From Candidatus Multiplicimicrobium inquinatum (GTDB taxonomy: Bacteria > Omnitrophota > Omnitrophia > Omnitrophales > Aquincolibacteriaceae), in contig DDUN01000036.1 of NCBI GenBank assembly GCA_002344825.1, positions 1,440 through 65,439 of the forward strand: a DNA stretch of 64,000 nucleotides, read 5' to 3'. The notes beneath the pieces are model-generated. The model was given only the letters and a program-made list of their open reading frames with translations. It was not told the origin of the DNA and made no database searches. The translations under genes and the position numbers were made by a program. Shown piece after piece: positions 58,582 to 64,000 of the stretch (its first letter is position 1; each line of letters opens with the position of its first letter).

Positions 58582-59985
58582 ATGCGTGATATTCAGCCTT
58601 CTCTTTCTTTTTTGGGCGGTGCCGGCACCGTAACCGGTTCCAAGTACTTGATTCAAGCTTATGGCTCTCAAATATTGCTGGATGCGGGGTTATTTCAGGG
58701 GCTGAAAGAATTGCGCCTGAGAAACTGGGCTAAAACCGCTTTTGATCCTAAGCAACTCAATGCTGTGGTGTTAAGTCACGCGCATATTGATCATTCCGGC
58801 TATTTGCCCGTGCTGCATAAACATCATTTCAAAGGTAAGGTGTTCTGTACGCATGGGACGGCGGATTTACTCAAAATCATGCTGCCTGACTCGGCTTTTT
58901 TGCAGGAAGAAGAAGCGGCGCGCGCGAACCGCAAAGGTTACTCCAAGCATCATCCCGCGCTCGCGCTTTGTACGCTTGCTGACGCGGAAGGCGTGCTGAA
59001 GCAAGTGAAGCATTATCCTTATGAAAAACTTTTTGAAGTGCGTCCGGGCATTCACGCGCTTTATCGCCGCGCGGGGCATATTCTGGGTTCCGCGACAGTG
59101 GAACTGCAGATTCGAAGAAAAGGCACTGAACCCTTGAAGCTGGTTTTTTCCGGAGACTTGGGACGTTGGCATCAGCCGATTTTGCGCGATCCCGAACCCG
59201 TTCTCGAGGCCGATATTTTGCTTTTGGAATCGACTTATGGAAACCGGATTCATCCCACAGATGCGGAAGAACGCTTAGCGCAAATTATTCGTGAATCCGC
59301 TCAACGGGGTGGAGCGTTAATTATCCCCGCGTTTGCGATTGGGCGCACGCAGCAATTGGTTTGGACGATTCGCAAGCTGGAACAGGAAGGAAAAATTCCT
59401 GTTCTTCCGGTTTACATGGACAGCCCCATGGCAATTAGCGCGTCTGAGATTTATCACCGCCATCCCGAAGATCATGACTTAGATATGCAAAAACTAATGA
59501 ATGAAAATGAAACTCCGCTTAATTCAAAAAACTTTCGCTTGGCAAAAACTCCCGAGGAATCTCAAGCGCTTAACTCGATCAAAGGTCCCGTGATTATTAT
59601 TTCGGCAAGCGGCATGGCCACGGGCGGGCGAATTTTACATCATTTAAAAAACCGTCTGCCGGACCCGAAAAACACGGTGCTGCTGCCGGGGTATCAGGCA
59701 GCCGGAACGCGTGGAAGGTCTTTGCAGGATGGCGCGAAAACGGTGCGCATGCAAGGACAAGATATTCCCGTGAACGCGAAAGTCGAATTGCTGGACGGAC
59801 TTTCCGCACACGCCGATCAAAATGAAATTTTAAAGTGGCTTTCTTATTTTAAAAAGCCGCCCAAAGTCACTTATCTTGTGCACGGCGAAGAAGAGTCTTT
59901 GATTGCGTTGCGATCAGCCATTCGTGAAAAGTTGAATTGGAATGTTGAAATCGCGCAGGACGGCTTTACTGTTCCGCTGACTTAG
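58582..59985 (+). CDS. MBL-fold beta-CASP family hydrolase (RNA-metabolising metallo-beta-lactamase-like)
   Basis: 467 aa with HAHIDHSGY (HxHxDH), the beta-CASP motifs (LLLESTYG; ...HADQNEILKWL) and the C-terminal His. Confidence 0.8.
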   Translation: MRDIQPSLSFLGGAGTVTGSKYLIQAYGSQILLDAGLFQGLKELRLRNWAKTAFDPKQLNAVVLSHAHIDHSGYLPVLHKHHFKGKVFCTHGTADLLKIMLPDSAFLQEEEAARANRKGYSKHHPALALCTLADAEGVLKQVKHYPYEKLFEVRPGIHALYRRAGHILGSATVELQIRRKGTEPLKLVFSGDLGRWHQPILRDPEPVLEADILLLESTYGNRIHPTDAEERLAQIIRESAQRGGALIIPAFAIGRTQQLVWTIRKLEQEGKIPVLPVYMDSPMAISASEIYHRHPEDHDLDMQKLMNENETPLNSKNFRLAKTPEESQALNSIKGPVIIISASGMATGGRILHHLKNRLPDPKNTVLLPGYQAAGTRGRSLQDGAKTVRMQGQDIPVNAKVELLDGLSAHADQNEILKWLSYFKKPPKVTYLVHGEEESLIALRSAIREKLNWNVEIAQDGFTVPLT

Positions 59986-61091
59986 CGCGCGGAGACGGCC
60001 GAACCTGTTTGATCCAGCATTTCGCAAATGGATTTTTTAGTAAATTCCTTGCCATAAACTCGGCGCCAAACTTCAGGCGATTCCATAATTAAATACGATG
60101 TGACACCGGGCAGATATTTTTCAAGCATGCCTGCCAAGCCTTTGTAAAGTTCGAGTCGGCGATGTTTGAAATAGCGTAATTTGCCGTCCATGCCATTGAT
60201 CCATTCACCATAAGGCAATTTGGATTTCGGAAAACGATCCTGCATTTTCTTCTTTAAATCGGGCATCATGCGCAAAGAACCAATAGAAATCCACGCGATT
60301 TTATGCGCAGGCACAGCGGCGGCAATTTTTTTAACTGTCGCTTCATATTCTTCTTCCCAATCTTCGAAATCAATCATCGGGTCAAAGTGGAAGCCCACGC
60401 GATAGCCGTCGGTCGCTGCGATTTTTGATGCCGCGGCAAGCCGCTCTTCAATTGACGCGCATTTGTGTTCTTCTTCTTTTTGAATGGGGCTGGCGTTAAT
60501 CGACCAAGACACAATCACTTTGCCGTTGGGATCAAGCTCGAGCAGGTTGTCGATGTTGTTGCTCTTGGTTTTGAGTTCTAAGACGGAATTTTTTTGCTTC
60601 GCGAAAAACGGAATCAAAGTTTTGCTGGTATGTGTAATGTGATCGAGCGAAAGAGAGTCGGATAAATGACCGGTGCCGATACGGAAAAACTTTTTCGGAT
60701 GACGGTTAAGAAATGCCTGCAGATTTTCGAGGATTTCATCGATGTTCGCGTAAATCATCAGCAACGGATTGGTGAGATAGCTTTGCAGAATGCAATAGCT
60801 GCATTCCATATCGCAGCCTTCCTGCAAATGGAGAGAATGATAATCACATGAAAAATAATCTTCGGCTTCGGGAAAAGGTTTAAATGAACGACCTTGATCA
60901 CGCGCTAAAAAAATCATTTTCTTCCCGTGTACCCAAGGGTCTTTGGCGGTTTTGATTTTTTCATAAACATCGCTGGCATGCTCAGCGCTTTCGGACGGCA
61001 CTTTCGGAAAGCGTTTCAGAATGTCTTTTACAAAAGGCAGTTTCTCGCAGCCTTTTTCAATGTAGATTTTTGACGGATGAAAAAGTTTCAT
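59982..61091 (-). CDS. radical SAM enzyme of the spore-photoproduct-lyase (SplB/COG1533) family
   Basis: 369 aa with CDMECSYC (CxxxCxxC radical SAM cluster motif) in an SPL-like partial TIM barrel. It overlaps the upstream GT2 gene by 4 nt. Confidence 0.75.
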   Translation of the reverse strand: MKLFHPSKIYIEKGCEKLPFVKDILKRFPKVPSESAEHASDVYEKIKTAKDPWVHGKKMIFLARDQGRSFKPFPEAEDYFSCDYHSLHLQEGCDMECSYCILQSYLTNPLLMIYANIDEILENLQAFLNRHPKKFFRIGTGHLSDSLSLDHITHTSKTLIPFFAKQKNSVLELKTKSNNIDNLLELDPNGKVIVSWSINASPIQKEEEHKCASIEERLAAASKIAATDGYRVGFHFDPMIDFEDWEEEYEATVKKIAAAVPAHKIAWISIGSLRMMPDLKKKMQDRFPKSKLPYGEWINGMDGKLRYFKHRRLELYKGLAGMLEKYLPGVTSYLIMESPEVWRRVYGKEFTKKSICEMLDQTGSAVSAR

Positions 61092-61936
61092 GGCTTCAAT
61101 TTATCGAAAAGGGTTTTGATGTCGGGTAACGTTTCCCCGCGTTTTTCAGCGCCAAGCTGCAGAATGCGTAACTTTTCATCCAACATGGCTTGCGCGGCTT
61201 GTTTTTGCTCTGCGTTTAAAATTCCGGAAGCGATGACTTCGGAAAGTGCTTTTGCGCGGAAGCGGTCCATAGCTTCGTATTGATGCGAGAGCTGGTCTTC
61301 GTGCCCGCCGTATTTTTTAAGATAGGGTTCCGGAACAAGTCCGATCGGATAGCGCGGCGCGACGCGCAGCCAAAGTTCATAGTCTTCACAGGCGGGGTAG
61401 TCTTCGCGGAAAAGACCCACTTCATCGAAGAGTGAACGATGCATCATGACGGCAGAAGGGCTGACGGCGCAAAGAGGCAGGCATTCGTTAAAAATCCAGC
61501 CGCCTTTTTTTTCATGCTTCTTCATTTTGTTAACACGCACGCCGTTGCGGATCCAGATTTCATCGGTTTGGCAAATTTGATATTCGGGGTGAGCTTCGAA
61601 AAAACGCGTTTGAGCTTCGAGTTTCCCGGGGAGCCATTCGTCGTCAGAATCGAGAAACGCGAGCCATTCGCCTTTGGAATGATAAATACCGGTATTGCGC
61701 GCGGCCGAGACACCGCGATTTTCTTGTGCGACAAATTTTAAAGGCAGAGGCCGGGTATTACCCGCCAGGCGGAAAAGATTGTGAACTACTTTTTCGGTTT
61801 CATCAGTTGAGCCGTCATCGACGACAATAATTTCAAACGGCGGTCCTTTTTGAATGAGCACCGACTGAATGGCTCTTTCCAGAATGGGGGCACGATTGTA
61901 AGACGGAATGATGACACTGATTAAAGCTTTGTCCAT
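61088..61936 (-). CDS. family 2 glycosyltransferase
   Basis: ISVIIPSYNRAPILERAIQSVL...EIIVVDDGSTDET...LDSDDEW (DXD) is a GT-A fold. Confidence 0.85.
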   Translation of the reverse strand: MDKALISVIIPSYNRAPILERAIQSVLIQKGPPFEIIVVDDGSTDETEKVVHNLFRLAGNTRPLPLKFVAQENRGVSAARNTGIYHSKGEWLAFLDSDDEWLPGKLEAQTRFFEAHPEYQICQTDEIWIRNGVRVNKMKKHEKKGGWIFNECLPLCAVSPSAVMMHRSLFDEVGLFREDYPACEDYELWLRVAPRYPIGLVPEPYLKKYGGHEDQLSHQYEAMDRFRAKALSEVIASGILNAEQKQAAQAMLDEKLRILQLGAEKRGETLPDIKTLFDKLKP

Positions 61937-62020
61937 GCGTGTATTCTAACAGAAGCGTCTTAGCGCGCTTCTCTGGATTTTTGTTGAGGCAAGCTATGGG
62001 AGTTGGTTTAGAATGTCGCC

Positions 62021-62458
62021 ATGCCGGAATCTAAGACAGGAAAATGGCTTTGGCGGGTTTTTTGGGCGGTGGTCATCATCAATGTTTTTGTGGTGTGCAA
62101 CCATTACACGAACGATTTGAAAGCCCGCTTTCCGGATATGGATTTTTCGCGTATGCGCTGGGGATTGGCATCGTGGTACAGCGAAACCGATCCGTATATT
62201 AATAAACACACCGCCAACAACGAGGTTTTTGACGATACGGCGGATACCTGCGCGACATGGCATTTTCCTTTTCATGAAAAACTGCTCGTGATTAACGCGT
62301 TTAACGGGAAGTGGACGGTTTGCCGTGTGAATGACCGCGGGCCTGCGAAAAGGCTGAAACGTGAAATTGATTTAACGCATGCTGTTTTCCGTAAAATCTC
62401 GAAATCAAAAAGAGGACTCATTCCCGTCACGGTTATTCCCATTTCAAAGCGGAAGTAA
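62021..62458 (+). CDS. RlpA-like double-psi beta-barrel (DPBB) protein
   Basis: N-terminal TM anchor. GLASWYSE...TANNEVFDDTADTCATWHFPFHEKLLVINAFNGKWTVCRVNDRGP matches the RlpA/expansin-like DPBB core. Confidence 0.7.
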   Translation: MPESKTGKWLWRVFWAVVIINVFVVCNHYTNDLKARFPDMDFSRMRWGLASWYSETDPYINKHTANNEVFDDTADTCATWHFPFHEKLLVINAFNGKWTVCRVNDRGPAKRLKREIDLTHAVFRKISKSKRGLIPVTVIPISKRK

Positions 62459-62615
62459 AACCAGGGGCGCTTTAACCGGGCTTTAGGGTTGAGGGATTTT
62501 TGCCGTAAAACAAAAGTGCACAGGCGGGGTTGATCGATTCAAAGCTTGACTTAATGACCAAGCTGTTTATTATTTGTTTTCCAAGTTTGTTTACAAAATT
62601 GTAAGGGTTGATTAA

Positions 62616-63728
62616 ATGATTATTGGTATTCCAAAAGAATCGATTGCCGGTGAAAACCGTGTCGCGCTTGTTCCCGAAACCATTGTTAAGCTGATCAAAG
62701 CCGGTTTTCAGGTTCAAATCGAAAAGAGCGCGGGTGAAAAAGCCTTTTTTCCTGATGCGGATTATCAAAAAGCTGGTGCTTCCATTGTTGCCGATGTTTA
62801 TTCCGCTGATATTATCGCTAAAGTTGGCGCGCCCTCCGCGGCGGAGATTGCCAAATTAAAATCAGGCTCAGTTTATGTCGGTTTCTTAAATCCTTTAGCA
62901 GACCCTTCGATTAGCGCCGAACTTGCCAAAAAAGGCGTCACCGCCTTTAGTATGGAATTGATTCCGCGCACGAGCCGTGCCCAGAGCATGGACGCGCTTT
63001 CATCACAGGCGAATATCGGCGGCTATAAAGCTGTGCTGACCGCCGCGACTTCAATCGGTAAATATCTTCCGATGTTAACGACGGCTGCGGGTACCGTACC
63101 GCCGGCCAAAGTACTTGTCATTGGTGTGGGCGTTGCTGGTTTGCAGGCGATTGCGACCGCGAAGCGTCTTGGCGCGGTAGTAAGCGCGTTTGATATCCGC
63201 CCCGAAGTCAAAGAACAGGTGCAGAGTTTAGGCGCAAAATTTGTGGAAGCAAAAGTTGAAGTTGAAAGCGCCGCGGGCGGATATGCCAAAGAAGTCAGCG
63301 AAGAAACCAAAAAGAAATTGCAGGAAGCGCTCGCTGAAACGGTAGCAGTTTCCGATATTGTGATTACGACTGCGCAGGTGCCGGGTAAAAAAGCGCCCGT
63401 GCTTGTGACAAAAGATGTGGTCGCGCGTATGCGTCCGGGTTCGGTTGTGGTAGATATGGCCGCGGAACAGGGTGGTAACGTGGAAGGATCGAAAGCGGGA
63501 GAAACCGTGGATTTAAACGGTGTGCGCATTGTCGGCCCCGTGAATTTGCCGTCTTCAATGCCTGTGCATGCCAGCCAGCTTTATTCACGCAATATTCTTT
63601 CTTTACTCGGACTTCTTGTTAAAGAAGGCAAGCTCAATCTTGATTTCAATGATGATATTCTGAAAGGCGCATGCGTCGCGCATGGCGGCCAGGTTGTGAA
63701 TGAAAGAGTGAAAGGGCTGATCAAATGA
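62616..63728 (+). CDS. pntAA: NAD(P) transhydrogenase subunit alpha part 1 (dI domain)
   Basis: 370 aa. MIIGIPKESIAGENRVALVPETI, the alanine-dehydrogenase/PNT N- and C-domains, and the NAD-binding motif VLVIGVGVAGLQAI are present. Confidence 0.9.
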   Translation: MIIGIPKESIAGENRVALVPETIVKLIKAGFQVQIEKSAGEKAFFPDADYQKAGASIVADVYSADIIAKVGAPSAAEIAKLKSGSVYVGFLNPLADPSISAELAKKGVTAFSMELIPRTSRAQSMDALSSQANIGGYKAVLTAATSIGKYLPMLTTAAGTVPPAKVLVIGVGVAGLQAIATAKRLGAVVSAFDIRPEVKEQVQSLGAKFVEAKVEVESAAGGYAKEVSEETKKKLQEALAETVAVSDIVITTAQVPGKKAPVLVTKDVVARMRPGSVVVDMAAEQGGNVEGSKAGETVDLNGVRIVGPVNLPSSMPVHASQLYSRNILSLLGLLVKEGKLNLDFNDDILKGACVAHGGQVVNERVKGLIK

Positions 63729-64000
63729 ACGAATTTTTTATTAGCGGACTGATGGTGTTTATGCTGTCCGCTTTTGTCGGGCTCGATGTCATTAAGAAAG
63801 TTTCGCCGTTGCTGCACACGCCTTTGATGTCACTCACCAACGCGATCAGCGCGATTTGCATTGTCGGCGCGATTCTCGTTGCCGGCTCCAAAGAACATCC
63901 GAGTACGCTCGGAACGATTTTGGGTTCGATCGCGGTTTTTTGTTCGATGACAAACATTGTTTCCGGTTTCTTGATTACCGACCGCATGCTCAAGATGTTC
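63725..64000 (+). CDS. pntAB: NAD(P) transhydrogenase subunit alpha part 2 (small membrane subunit), 3'-truncated by window end
   Basis: Its ATG overlaps the pntAA stop (ATGA). The product MNEFFISGLMVFMLSAFVGLDVIKKVSPLLHTPLMSLTNAISAICIVGA is a hydrophobic PntAB-like N-terminus. There is no stop codon before the end of the window. Confidence 0.7.
   Translation, partial: MNEFFISGLMVFMLSAFVGLDVIKKVSPLLHTPLMSLTNAISAICIVGAILVAGSKEHPSTLGTILGSIAVFCSMTNIVSGFLITDRMLKMF

Overview
This 64 kb window of bacterial chromosome (about 50% GC, lineage not identifiable from sequence alone) is almost entirely coding and mostly on the + strand. I found no rRNA, tRNA, CRISPR array, transposase or integrase.

The first ~30 kb is housekeeping:
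- A MEKHLA-like protein, an RluE-like pseudouridine synthase, a DUF1223 protein, a CPA2 antiporter with tandem TrkA-C domains, DsbD and a periplasmic redoxin.
- eno-ftsB, then ilvB, ilvN (after a gap), ilvC and leuA.
- An aroE-pilD-aroC-aroK-aroB block with overlapping stops and starts.
- A divergent pair: lysR-chrA on the minus strand and htpX-terC-beta-carbonic anhydrase on the plus strand.
- The livKHMGF branched-chain amino acid ABC transporter, followed by a convergent yaeQ.

The region 30.5-38.8 kb is accessory-looking:
- A 500 bp intergenic region carrying three hairpins.
- A tightly packed operon: an atypical 536 aa SDR with a zinc ribbon, VanZ, DUF1653 and an HExxH metallopeptidase, followed by a Ddl-like ATP-grasp ligase and a DAACS symporter.
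- Pirin, ferritin and a nitroreductase on the minus strand.

The region 38.9-56.5 kb is a copper/silver-type metal island:
- A CusB-like adaptor with an N-terminal CPMHP/CPxCGM metal-binding module, then CusA.
- CopA carrying the same module.
- A 61 aa lipoprotein with 13 cysteines that looks like a metallothionein.
- aqpZ, then a second outer-membrane-factor / short-adaptor / RND system.
- A periplasmic protein with a C-terminal Cys cluster, SCO1/SenC, and a TonB-dependent receptor.
- Four small secreted Cys/His proteins of unknown function; no metal regulator is present.

The last ~8 kb:
- A probable ydaO-type c-di-AMP riboswitch immediately upstream of trkH/ktrB.
- A secreted Lys/Ala/Glu-repeat protein.
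- A beta-CASP metallo-beta-lactamase-fold hydrolase.
- An SplB-like radical SAM enzyme coupled to a GT2 glycosyltransferase.
- An RlpA-like protein, then pntAA and the start of pntAB.

One non-genic signal stands out: three copies of a ~75 nt structured repeat (hairpin, conserved tail, T-run), each downstream of a + strand gene (eno, ilvB, and the Cys-rich lipoprotein gene).

All calls rest on motif recognition by eye. I ran no database searches.
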